From positions 6,200,001-6,264,000 of the forward strand of contig OZ176052.1 in assembly GCA_964247055.1 (NCBI GenBank): a stretch of DNA of 64,000 bases. Reading direction: 5' to 3'. Position 1 is the first letter of the stretch. Each line of letters begins with the position of its first letter. Source of the DNA: Paragordius varius. Its lineage: Eukaryota; Animalia; Nematomorpha. Made by a program: the position numbers and the translations under genes. The notes beneath the pieces were generated by a model. That model was given only the letters and a program-made list of their open reading frames with translations. It was not told where the DNA came from and made no database searches. This document shows positions 47,436 to 60,344 of this stretch, one piece after another.

Positions 47436-48262
47436 ATTGTGTGTGTGTTGCTACAGTCGAGGTCGACTTTTTGCAATATTGTAAATAAGACTTCTCCATA
47501 AATTTCGGTTTTTATTTTTAATGTTGAGTTCTCCCAAGGTTGTGTGGGTTTCTTGTTGAATATTGTACATCCACATTATCCATCTTCGGCCCCTTTTACG
47601 TGCACTACTAACTTTACCCAAAATCAAGGATTTTTCCAGTGGATTAGATCTCATAATGTGGCCAAAGTAGGATAGTTTGTTGTGGATGGACATTCCGAGC
47701 AATGACATGTCGGGATAATTGCATTGTTAGTAATTTTATCCGTCCATTTGCTAAAGTTTTCTACATATCCACGTTTTAAAGGAGTTAATTCACGGATAAT
47801 TATCCGTGTGTCGGATTTTTTTCAAAGTCCAACCTTCACACTCGTAGAGGAAAGTTGGAAAAACGATTGCATTTGTAAGTCGGATTTTCGTTTTTAAGCT
47901 GACATCATGGGATGCCCAAATTTTGTTATAATTATTTGCAGCCGTTTTGGCCATGGCTATCCTTCGTTTTATCTCGGGAATACAATTATCATCATCACGT
48001 ATTAGGCTCCCGAGGTATGTGTAACTTTTGACTGTTTAATAGAGTTTCCGTTAACAATTATTGTAGTGTTTGCAACTTTTGGGTTAATTTGTATGATCTT
48101 TGTTTTTGAAAGATTGATCTGAAGCCCATACTTTTGACACTCATCTACAAAATGTTGTAGTAAGAGAGTCAATGATTTTGGTTTGTCTACAAAGATAACG
48201 GTATCATCTGCATAGTGAATAGAAGTTAGATCAGAGCCAACCTGAAAGCCGAATCGGTTAAG
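47436..48262 (-). mobile_element. 5'-truncated RTE-like LINE fragment (RT C-terminal half) with a (CA)n tail
   Basis: Minus strand: IHYADDTVIF...YGLQINLSKTK...EIKRRIAMAK...LSYFGHIMRSN...RKRGRRWIMW; caacacacacac after the stop. Confidence 0.85.
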
Positions 48263-48423
48263 TAATATTTTTTATACTCCATACTAACGCTACTGCAAAC
48301 TTGGTTTTATTTTGATTATATTTTTTTCTAAATATTTTTTTTCCGGACACATCATCTCTTATTTTACTATCAGTTATAAATTTAAATATGCACTATGGAT
48401 ATATTTTTGATTTTTTTCTTTAA

Positions 48424-49006
48424 CACTTGGATGCAACACACTCATTTTAGTCCTTCGATTTAAATTGGGGTAGTTGGATACCCCAGGCCTGTTTAAAATC
48501 AAATACTTTAAAAAGTATGGAAGCAATCAAAACCATTGCAAAATTTTGCACTAATATAACATTAATAAACCGAAATATATAAAAAATTTTATTCAAAAAT
48601 ACTTGATATTACTTATTTTGAGCTAAAACTGAAAGGTAAAAATTTAGTCAACGTGACATGTGTCAAATGGTAAAATTTAAAAATAATACAAAATAAACCG
48701 CTTTTTCTAATTTTATCAATGTTAAATCTAATTTATATTAAAAATTAGCCTAAGTTGTATCCTTAAAATTAAATCAAGACGATATTTTTCAAAAATTTTG
48801 TAAAATAAAAATGGCGTCGAAGTAGTTTGAGATGGAACTTTTTTTTTCAAAACTAAATTTTATCAAGATATTTTGGCATATTTATATAATTTCTATCAGG
48901 ATAGAAGCATAATTTTAAATTGGGACCGTTACCTTCAGTAGTATTTTAAAAATCCTAATTTAAATTTAGTCTGGGGTATTTAGATACCCCAATTTAAATC
49001 TAAGTG
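48424..49006 (+). mobile_element. TTAA-targeting MITE, further copy (583 bp)
   Basis: TTAA-CACTTGGATG...TCTAAGTG-TTAA, colinear with 46691-47244. Confidence 0.85.
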
Positions 49007-50135
49007 TTAATATTGTTTTCACAACATTTATTACAAATGAGATTTTCAGGCGTAAATCGTAAGACATTATTCATATTTTTTTGAATATTAAAATTTTAAA
49101 TACTTGTTAATGGACGATTTTATCATATTCAAATCATAAAATTTTTATATTCACTTGACAGATTAAATTTTTTTTATTAGATATGTTAATAATTTTTTTT
49201 GACACTCTAATATATTCAGTAATTTTATCGTTATCAATAAGCCAATGGACCATTAAAATGAAAATGTAATTTCCAATAGTAAATTCATAATCCCCTAGTC
49301 ACATATTTACACACTTTTTATGGATACTTATTACTTTTTTTAAAATGAATATTCATAAATTTGAAAAAAGGACATCACTAGTTTGTCTGCATAAATAAAC
49401 TAAGGATCAGATTATCCAAATATTGATAATTGGATTTACAAAAAATATATTCATTTATGGTTTTTTACAACATCTTTTAACTTTACACCACATATTTATA
49501 TGATATATAATTTATAAAATGCTATCCTAATAATTGCCTAAGATGAAAATGGCTTGATACCTACATTTTCCATCAACATATAATTTATGAGATCTATGTT
49601 TATTTATTAATTAATTATTTTCGGAAGATTCTTATTGGACTTACATACCAAAATTATATAAGTTTGAAGATAGAGATCCAACACTAATCCTTATTTGGTG
49701 ACAAATGATAGATAGCTATATATCTCTTTTATTTACACTCCATATATTTGGAAAAGTTCTCTTAATGTGCATTTTTAGATTAAATCTAAAAATATATACT
49801 TTTTTCTCCTAAAAAATTGCTAATGTTTAATGACACTATATATAAAAATAACCCTCTTGTAAACTTTCATTGGTGTTGTACATATATACAGGGTATAAAT
49901 TTTGGTGATCATTATATTTCAACCATATAAAATATATTCCTAAAAAATATTATTCTTTTTGTATAGACTGTTGGTTTATCCTTTGATTTTAAATATCGAT
50001 TGTGACTCTGCACACACACACTACATTAAATTGATCATATATTTATCATTTTTTGCAAAATATTGAAAACTACTTAAATCTAAAACCTTCCATATTAATT
50101 ATAACGAATTACATAAAAATATATCTGAGGGACAG

Positions 50136-50288
50136 ATGCTTTTTTATGATAACTCTTTAACCGTAAGATCACTTGAAATTATTCTCATCGCATTACTCTT
50201 GTGCCAAGGTAAACCAACATTAATGGCCCCATTATCACAATCTAATTCGTATGGGATTTTTCCTGGTAACAAATAAATCTTTCATTTT

Positions 50289-50326
<38 letters not shown>

Positions 50327-53300
50327 TTATTTATTTATTTATGCATTTCTCTAAAAAATCAGTTTATAACTTATCTTATAAAAAACTAAAATTGGAGAAA
50401 TCATAATTGGCACACTTACCTCAGGCATATAATGCTGATATTATTTGTTCAGCTTCGATGATCAAAATCTGATATACTCACAAGCATAACGGTTGAACTC
50501 TTTCCATAAAACTCAATAAATGGATTACTGACAATTTTGCAGTTTATAATGATATATCGACAAATATTAATTTTTATTTTTTTTATAGGAACTTGTTTGA
50601 ACAATACAACTAACCTATGCAATCAAATATGTATGGAATTGACTCTAAAATCTTTTGAATGTAGCTGCTTTTTGGGGTTTCAGCTGGCAGCAAATGGATA
50701 TACGTGTTTTGAACCAGGTTAATTTTGGATGTTTAATATTTTATGTATATTATATTAATTAAAAATTTTAGAACGCGGTTAATTTGAGTAGGCGTTATGT
50801 AAATTTTCAATTTTGTTTCACTTACAAAATATTTTTTATTTAGATGATTACACAAGGCAATCGGATGCAGACAATATAAGGTATATTATGTTTACCTGGT
50901 TTCACAGAACAATAATCTTTTGGTAAATAAAACGATTTGAAGATAAATTTATTGTTTTGCAGAACGTGAATTTTTTATCCTAGATGCAATATTAAGAATT
51001 GAACTAAACATTATATAAATATATATCTATAAAATAATTTTAGGACCTAATATGATTTATTAACATGAGTCTCTATTATTAGTTTTTCGATAAAACATAA
51101 CAGAACCAATGTTTTGACGAATGAAACTTCCAAAAAGACAACAGAACAAAATGAATTCGCCACAAAGAAAACATTTGTGAAAACTGTCAAATATTGTCAT
51201 AATCAAAATTCTGGCACATTTTCACAAAGAAAAAAAATGCACAATCTCTATAATGGTAAATTTAGAATTTGTAAAAGTACCCACATAATAAATTCTGATC
51301 TATACGTACCGTTCACAGATTCAAACGCGATAAAGGAAAAAAATACAAATGCTGTGTTTCCAAATCAACCTAAAACATTTGCGGACAGAAATCAAGCGCA
51401 CCATAAAAAACCTTGCTACCCGTTGTTTAATTACAACATACAAAATGGTAATGAAATTGACTATAATAAAGATGGTAGTGAGAATAATCAAGGGAGGTCC
51501 ACATTAAATTTATCAGCTTTTGACAAAAGTTTGCTGGTTTCTTTACCAACCGTAAACCATGCAGCTATTGCGCAAAGGTCTACTTTTGCTAAAGAAAAAC
51601 TTATCTTCATACATAAAAACAACATAATAAATGATGCTAATAACAATAATGTCATATGTCCCCTGAGAACTATTGATATAATAGGTTTTCGATTTCATCC
51701 ACATTTTTTAATCTTATGACTTCTTTTTATGTGTAAAAATGATGTGTTTTTTGTCAAGTTTAATGAACGTTTTGAATAGCGTCCTATTATAGTGATGTTA
51801 GATAAATAATTATATTTTATGTGTACTCACTCTATAATGACAAGTTCGATAAATTGCAAATGCAAACCAAATATGGTGATGATATCACTTATTTACATTA
51901 ATAGATTTTGTTATGTAGTAATGGTAAAATAATTAAACTGAAAATATTAATTATAGCGAAGCAAAACCGTCTTTGTAACAAAAAAGTTTTTAATTAGAAC
52001 TATGCGGTTATGTTGATGTTTTGTCATTAATGTCCACGAATCAAGGTTTAATACAAACTATTATTTAAACCATCATTATTTTAAATTTATCTCTCTAATA
52101 TTTATTGTACTTTGCAGTTTTCATGAAAGTCAAGTTTTAGGGATCCTTTGATAATTGAAATTTCTACTTTTTCAGGAACAATTAGGCAATTATTATTTAG
52201 TTTGTGACCATAGTGGTTATAATGAATTAAATGAGTTATACAATATTCTGTATAAAGTATAAAGTAAATTCACGTTTTACAAGGTTACCATTTTAAAATT
52301 TAAGATAATTTTCTTTTTTTAAACCAATATTGTGGTTTATTAAACTTAATTGGGGCTAATATTTATTTATCATTTTAACTTACACACGTTAGATGAGAAC
52401 GATGATTGCTTTTGCCTAATGCCAAACAGTCATTTATTATATAAAAATAAACCGATTCTATCCAACACACACCAAGAGGATATAAATAAAGTGATAGAAT
52501 TGACTTTTGATTTGTATACAATATTCTCAAATGGTAATATAATGACCATTAATTTGATCAACAAACGAAAACGATGCTCAAACAATACACTTGACAACTT
52601 GAAATTTCGTAATATAGACGCAGATAATAATGATTTCCAAATATCCCTCCATATATTATTTCATCATAGAATATTAACCATTGATTTAACATCAACACCC
52701 AATCAATCTTATGCACATTCACAACTGTTTCGAGCTGGGTACATTTTTTGTCAACGTAAAACTTAAAAGATTTATGCATCTATCTATTGTTTATTTATAA
52801 ACCTACTGTGGTATACCCCCATATAATGAACCAAATCGTGACAAAAATACTTGTATACACCATAACCTAAAAATTAAATAAAGTATCCTTTTTTAAAATT
52901 TTTTTTGGGTGCATGATAAATTGATATAGGATAGTTAGTTTATGGGTCTGTTTTATAAAAATCACATCACAGGGCTCATTATAGGGGGATCTACTGTTAA
53001 TTAAAAATATTTATGGGTTTTATGAGTAAATTTCAAATAATTATAAATATAATCATTTAATTTCGGTAGGATAATTGAATTGGAAGAGAGACATTGGTAT
53101 AATGTTCATGTATGCATAGAAGTTGATGGTGCCTTATCAATATCACTAAAGAATCAAAGCTATTCATTTTTAAAAAAACAAATATTCAATATTTCCCGTT
53201 TCAACTGGGAATATCAAAAAATTAGTATTGGGTCATCAAATAATACAGGAATGGCAATGAGAATTCCAAGTTTTGTCGGATGTATAAAACAGGTTTTTTT

Positions 53301-56300
53301 CTAAATATATCGAAGCCAAAATATAAAAATTAAAACGGTTGCCTATCAGATAAATATTTATTGCACTTTAAAACCTTTATTTATAAAAAACGAATTTTTT
53401 ACTAAAATGGCTTATTTATCCATAATTTTTTTCCAAAATTTTTCCTCGCACGGTGTAATGTTATTAAACATACCATCTATAATTCAATTATAAGAGATCG
53501 GAGCTTAAAATTCGGTCATTACCATGTATAAAATATATTAAAATTTTCTTGAATATAAAAAAGCGATTCGTCATTACAAATCAAAATTACCAAATTAATA
53601 AGATTCATTCATATAACCATAAAATCGTTGAATTTTTATTAGATAAGTTGAATGTTTAAATTTTGACAATCTTTGTTTAAAGATAAAATTACGGAAACCA
53701 AATCGTTCCCAACATTCACCAATATGTTTCGCCACAAAACAAAGTTTACAAAATAAAAATGAGAATGGATTTATTTTATGGAAGCCTCGATGGATACCAC
53801 AAAAAAGGTATGCGCCATTTTTGTATTATGTTTTAACGTATGCTATATTATTAAATGTAGAAAATTTCGCAAAATTATAGGTAAGTATGGTTGGTTCTAA
53901 ACGTGAAGGTGATTGTCCAACTTAAATTTACAAAAATTGTAATTATACTGCCGTATGAATAAAATAAAAAAATGATTTATTAAAAGGTATTTGTAATCTA
54001 GATTTATATTTCTTCAAATTAATTAGCATTAAGGCCAGCGACAATATAAACTATGGCAGTATACATGTTTAGTTCTAAAATCCAAGGGTAAGAAAAATTT
54101 ATGGTGCCACATATATTTTATAACGATGGACGAAATGCTTGTTATAAAGAAATATAATTTTTTTTAGATCCGTTTCCATATATTTTTTTAGTTTTCAGAT
54201 AGACTAATAAATATGAATAAGGGTGAAATTAATATAAACTGCACCAATATTTTCTTATATAATTTTTTATTATCGAAAAAAGGCTTACATTGAATCATAT
54301 ATTTGAAAAAATAAAACTTTTTTGGAACCGTTTTTTGTTCGCAAAACGGTTTTAAAATAAACTTAGTTACACATATTTACATATATTTTTTTGTTGCAGC
54401 AAAAAAAATTATAATATAGTTTATGAGCATTGTATAAATCTTGTCGCAACAATTTAAAGTAATAAATATCCCCGATTTGAAAGCATAGAGCTATAAAATT
54501 GTACAGCTTATGGTTAAATTCAAAAAATGTTATATTTTTATCCAAAATAGAACTGAAACCTTGAAAACCATTGCAATAGATTTGTTCCATGTAGGCGGTA
54601 ACGGAATAATATTATCAATCACATCTCCTTCTGCCAAAAATAATGTAGAAAAATTAATGCTCATAATTTTATCCAAAAATCAAATAAAAATTATAACTGC
54701 AATCAACAACTATTACCATGTTGTCAAATTAAATACAAAATCGTTGGATCCCCACATTCACATGAAATTTAACATGTCAATTGAAACACGCTATCAAAAC
54801 AGGTAAAAGAATAATTTACTTTTACTGTAACACTTGTGAGCAAAAAAATTTTTAACGAAAAAATTTTTTTTTCATGAGATAGCTTATGACCAGCGTATTC
54901 ATTTGCCGCAAAAATTTATTTGTTGACAACCTAGTTTTTGAGATATTGAGAGAAAATCGAAATCGGGCAAAAAGTGAAAATTAAGGATAATTCAAAAAAA
55001 ATAATTAAATTTGAAATATTATGGTTTATTATCATTTTAGGAGATATTTTCAATATATAAATAGCCTAAAATCATAAGTTTGGGTTTTTATATAATTTCA
55101 GGTCAAAAGATGGCATTTTTCTTTTATCACATTTAAAAGACAAAATAAATTTAATGAAAATGAATTTTTTTAAATATATACTACCTAAACTCACTATTAA
55201 AATCTTAACATTCATATTTATTTAGTAAAATAAACTTCCATATCAAAATAAAACCAAAAATATTGTTTTTTATTTTTGCATTTTTTTGTCACTGGTTTAT
55301 CAGTGTAAAAAAAATTTATACTGTTTTAGTTTGGATTCTCACATGATTAGGAATTATTAAGTATATCATTTATGCACAATAGGATTGAAAATTAGTGGAA
55401 TATCAACCAACAAATTGTTCAAATCACAATACAAATATTAATTTGTCATAAAACAGACTTGTTACAGAAAATTGTAAGGAATGTTGGTTGATATTCCACT
55501 ACTTTTAAATTTTATAATTCCTAATCATGTGAGAATCCAAAATAAAACGGTATAAATTTTTTAATACACTCATAAACCAGATGACAAAATATGCAAAAAT
55601 AAAAACAATATTTTTGGTTTTATTTTGATATTGAAGTTTATTTTACTGAATAAAATATGATTGTTAAGATTTTAATAGTGATTTTAGGTAGTAAATAATT
55701 GAAAAAAATTTATTTTAATATAGTTTTATTAAATTTATTTTGTCTTTTAAGTGTGACAAAAGAAAAACGCCATCTTTTGACCTGAAATTTTATAGAAACC
55801 CAAACTATATGATTTTAGGCTATTTGTATATTGAAAATATCTCCTAAAATGAAAATAAACCATAATATTTCAAATTTTATCATTATTTTTTGAATTAACC
55901 TTATTTTTCACTTTTTGCCCGATTTCGATTTTCTCTCAATATCTCAAAAACTAGGTTGTCAACAAATAAAAATCTTTGCGGCAAAAGAATACGCTGTTCA
56001 TAAGCTATCTCATGAAAAAAAATTTTTTCGTTAAATCAAACTGACCCTCTTTTTTGCACACAGTGTAATACTAATATTTGGCATAAAGCGTTAATATATA
56101 TATATATATATATATATATTAAATGTGATTCAGCTTGAAACACAAAACAACCGTTCAACTAAATGGTGATATGTTTGAAATGACAACCATCCCTGAGTTT
56201 GACTTAAATAACGTTATTATCTCGGGTATGTTTTATACAACGAAACCTGTTAGCCAACTTTTTTGTGAGTTGACCGTTTTTTACCCTTTTGTCCGTATTG

Positions 56301-57484
56301 AACCTTTGTGACTTTTGTTTAACCATTAATAAAAACCAAATTGATTTTTAACAACTTATTTCATCATCATAAAGGGTAGGATGGCGGATTCGGAGTTTTC
56401 GCACCAAGTAATTCATAATGTATATACTTCGTGGTAATCTGAGGCGATTTTTTACGTAACACATGCCCTTGTGTACAACTAATGATTTTACAAATCATTA
56501 GAAACTGGCCTTTGTCGTTAGCGCATTTTCATTCCCCAGCCAACACCGTGGGGAGATGGCAATAGGACTTTGTATATATTTTATTTTGACATATTAGACA
56601 CTTTTAAAAAAACAGATGTGCAAATGATTAAAAGGATAAAATTGATTTTTAATATAATATATGTCATTAGAATTTTAAACATTTTAGTAAATATTTAATT
56701 ATCCCTCAAAAAATATAATTTCAAAAGTCTACACATTTTTAGCGTTTTTTCCCCATTTTTTCCGCACAAAAAACTTCGTTTTTTAAATAATAACTAGCGA
56801 GGCCAAGAATTTTCAAAAACATGATTTTTTGTAAAAAAAATTTGTGCGGTCCCGTAAACCTCACAAAAAGAGAGTTGTCTCTATATACATATTTGAACAT
56901 GCCTTCAGTTAACCCTTTATGATATTTGTTAAGATGGAAAAATAGAGTGAACATATTTATCGAAAAAGATAAACAGCAGGACACTTATTATAACCAAACA
57001 AATAAAAAATGAAAGATTATCTTATAATATTTTTCTAATGATACATCCTGATATTAGTCAAATTTATTATGTAGAAATTAAAACGATTAATTAAAATAAA
57101 TACCATCTTAATAATATTTTTAAGCACTGCAGAGTCGTTAGGGCGCTCGACTGATGCTCTATGCTCATGATGTTGGCCACAACAAACCCAAATTTTCCAT
57201 CATCGCTGTCAGCCCTGAGCACTCTAGTGCTTATAGCTTTCATGAGTTCTTAATGCAATATAAGTTCCCATTTAGAAACAATAAAAAAAGAACCATAAAA
57301 AGTATATTTTTATTTTTAACTTATAGGTGGTCACATCAAAGACATGAAGAGCAATGATATTTATATAAAGAAATTCGGTTCAAAATATCCACACCAAATT
57401 TACGCAATCAATGACTTTAAAGGATGCATTACAAAATTAAATGTCAACAATATCGAATTGATCCCGTCAAATAATATTTTTTAA
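50136..57484 (+). CDS. Secreted protein: signal peptide, one EGF-like domain, low-complexity linker, two laminin-G-like domains; about 678 aa
   Basis: Phase-consistent exons: 50136-50208 (MLFYDNSLTVRSLEIILIALLLCQ), 50589-50717 (CNQICMELTLKSFECSCFLGFQLAANGYTC, EGF), 50844-50880, 51083-51684, 52393-52738, 53070-53292 (ends SFVGCIKQ), 53683-53807, 54551-54802, 56134-56225, 57327-57484 (NDFKGCITKLNVN). FxGCI is the typical LamG C-terminal strand. Confidence 0.72.
54831..56065. mobile_element. 1.24-kb almost fully palindromic CAC...GTG element with TAA target-site duplication (Chapaev3-like, non-coding)
   Basis: TAA flanks at 54828-54830 and 56066-56068. About 570-bp inverted arms (e.g. catgagatagcttatga / tcataagctatctcatg; gtggaatatcaaccaac / gttggttgatattccac) around a short centre near 55420-55480. 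Confidence 0.85.
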
Positions 57485-57757
57485 GATATATCGTAAAAAA
57501 AATGTATAGTTTAAATAAAATATCCGCTCAATCCTAATAAGCAAATAATAAAATGTAATAAGCCCTGTTGTATATATGATCAATGTAAATGTACAATAAT
57601 ATTAAATTTATTAATAAGTGATCAATAAAAAACCTTGTAAAAAATTGAGATTGACTCGATTAAATTAGAGGAGAAATGGTGAGCGCTAGAGATATTTCAA
57701 CAAATAAATTATATTTATAAAAATATTAATGACAATTTCTTTCCAAAACATCTCAAT

Positions 57758-60197
57758 TCAATCACGAGCAGCACGATTAATCTTATCATAAATGTGTGGT
57801 AATCGATACACACATTTTCCTTCAGTGTCATCAGTCTGTTCTGGTAAACTTAAAGGCTTTCGAACATATAATTCCCTCATTGTATTGTAAGTTCGGAAAT
57901 TTAACATTTGTTCCAATTCTTCACGCGTCAAAAATACATCACCGTAAAACATTTCATACCTGTTTTTAGCAAAAAGATATAAATATGAATAATTATAAAT
58001 ATATTTTTGACCATTGACATTTCATTTTAGGTAAAATTTGTTTAATACATGTTAAAATAAAACTATGAATCTAAAGTTTAATAACTGTTAAAAAAATAAT
58101 TTAAGAATATTAAATTTTTTTGATGAATATGATGAGGGTGATTAAAATCGAATTTTGCCGATTTTTTTATTTATATCTGAAAGGAAAAAAAAATTGACTT
58201 TCCTTCAAAAAATTAAATAAGGCCATATCAACACAATGTATTTAGTGTTAAAAATTTAAATTAAGTGTTATGGGACGACTAATACATTTGGTTAAAGTTA
58301 AAGTAAATCCAAAACAGTAGCCAAGTCATTCGTAATATAATTTAGACTCTCATAATACTTGATATATCATTATTAAATAAAAATAAATATGCTGTTTCAA
58401 ATTATATATTAAAACAATAAATTTAAATAGTATAAACGGTAATTTCATAACTAAAAATATATATTCGACAATTCTTATATAATTTTATCCGATATTTAAT
58501 TAATCAAACCATACATACAATTACAGATCCTAGAAACTGTTATGTCATAAATGCCAATAATAAAATACGAAATCGACATAATTGAGGTATTGTAATTTTA
58601 ACAATAATAAACTAATTCTTGGACAATTAGGGAGATAACATATGAGTATTAATATATATATATATAAATTTAAAAAATGGTTTTATGCCAAAAATAAATG
58701 AGGTGAAATTATAAAATTAAAATTACCCCTTATTCTCTATGAGAAATTTTTCCAATTTCCGCAAACTCTCAATAGGTTTAAAATCTTTTGATTTTGGCAT
58801 ACCATACAATCCCACATCTATAAACATGGCGTAATCGTCGTTCATCACATTAGAATTATCTAGTAAGTATGAAAAAAATAATATAAATGACTCATTCTGC
58901 AAAAAAAGCTAAAAGTAACTAAAATATATGTCATGCAAAACCTTTTTTTGATATATATTCCAAAGCAGGAGATACCATAGATGTAGGTCTATCATAAAGT
59001 TTCATTGGACACAACCATATTGGATAAAGCTAATGATATAAAAAATATTTTAATTATATAAATACAAATTTATTATGAATAATTTTGCTATACACATTAA
59101 ATAAAAGATATAAATAAAAAAGACGTTAAGTAAAACCTCAAAATTTTCATGGCAATGTTGTAAGGTTTTGGATAAAATACTCTGATCGACTAGAATATCG
59201 GAAGCTATGTGCATTTTCTCGTACAATTTTTTAATGGTTTCAGTTTGAGTTAATTTCAAGAAGCTAACTTTCAACGGTAACATAAATCCAAACAAATATC
59301 TGAAAAATGGGGAATTACCGAACGGTAGGAGATGCTATAAAAATTAAATAAAATAAAAAAATTTAAAATATAAAAATAATTTTTTACAATATAACAAACT
59401 GAATTTTACAATTAAAAGACTTATTTACGCAATCTGTAACAATATGCAATGATCGAATAAAAAGGACATGAACTTGATACAAATCCCCTCCAAAAAATAA
59501 AGTAAATAGTTATATAAAAGAATGTATAAAATAATGTGTACATTATGGAGAGTTATGACACAAATCCAAGCCAAATAATGTTATTCCACTTTAAATCACA
59601 TTCTATTTTACTAAAGATTCAATTAAAATATCGCGCTATAATTATGTGACAACTAAAACTTCATGGAACTATAAGAAAAATTTTACGAGTTGTTTTAATC
59701 GTTAAAATAAATAGTAAACATCTAGTCCAATAATTAAACAATTAAATTAACTTAATAACTTTTGAGATAGATCGCTTAAAAAATAAAATAAAAAGGGTTT
59801 CATTCCTTATAACAAGTTACCGCGTGTCTATATTTTAGCATCCACAAAACATAAAAAATAAGATTAAAATCAGTATTAGAAAAATTGAGTATTACTTCAA
59901 CTTCCCAAAATAGGCTTTTAGTATGTCGATGATAGTAATCCCTGATTGGAATATATTCAGTTATGGAGGCATGTTTTACATTATTTTCTGTCTTAAATGC
60001 TTGCATTTGGTCATCTAAGCTTTCAGCTTTTTGTTGTGCTTTAGATAAAATGTCTCGAACATGGGTATAAAACCATGGCTTGTAAAAAGCATTAATAGCA
60101 TTTACAAGGGTTGATGATGAAGGCAAATCACACATTTTCCCCTTTAACAGGACATAGGATTGGGGAGAATAAATAAGGCCCTCAATAAAATCATATT
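57758..60197 (-). CDS. DHCR24: Delta(24)-sterol reductase, 3' five exons (5' FAD-binding exons not found; probably beyond the window end)
   Basis: Exons 59896-60197, 59137-59334, 58942-59029, 58727-58859, 57758-57959 are in phase. The translation matches recalled DHCR24 motifs: DFIEGLIYS, IPIRDYYHRHTKSLFWE, LPFGNSPFFRYLFGFMLPLKVSFLKLTQ, LYPIWLCP, FIDVGLYG, MFYGDVFLTREE, IYDKINRAARD*. Confidence 0.9.
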
Positions 60198-60344
60198 CTA
60201 AATAAAATAATCAATTAAAGGGTTTATTACTCGATGAATATACTAATATAGTTTAGCTATTTAAGTCCTTATTTATCATCTTGTATATAAAAATTTCCAT
60301 AATATATTATTATAATTAAAATATCGCCAAATAAAAAGTATATT

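Noticed and set aside
56226-56264. A third micro-intron (28 nt) plus an 11-nt exon in the LamG gene
   Set aside because: Splicing 56225 directly to 57327 gives a clear FKGCI LamG ending, so the micro-exon model is unnecessary.
57160-57220. Box C/D snoRNA (ATGATGT...CTGA)
   Set aside because: Imperfect C box, no terminal stem and no recognisable guide.
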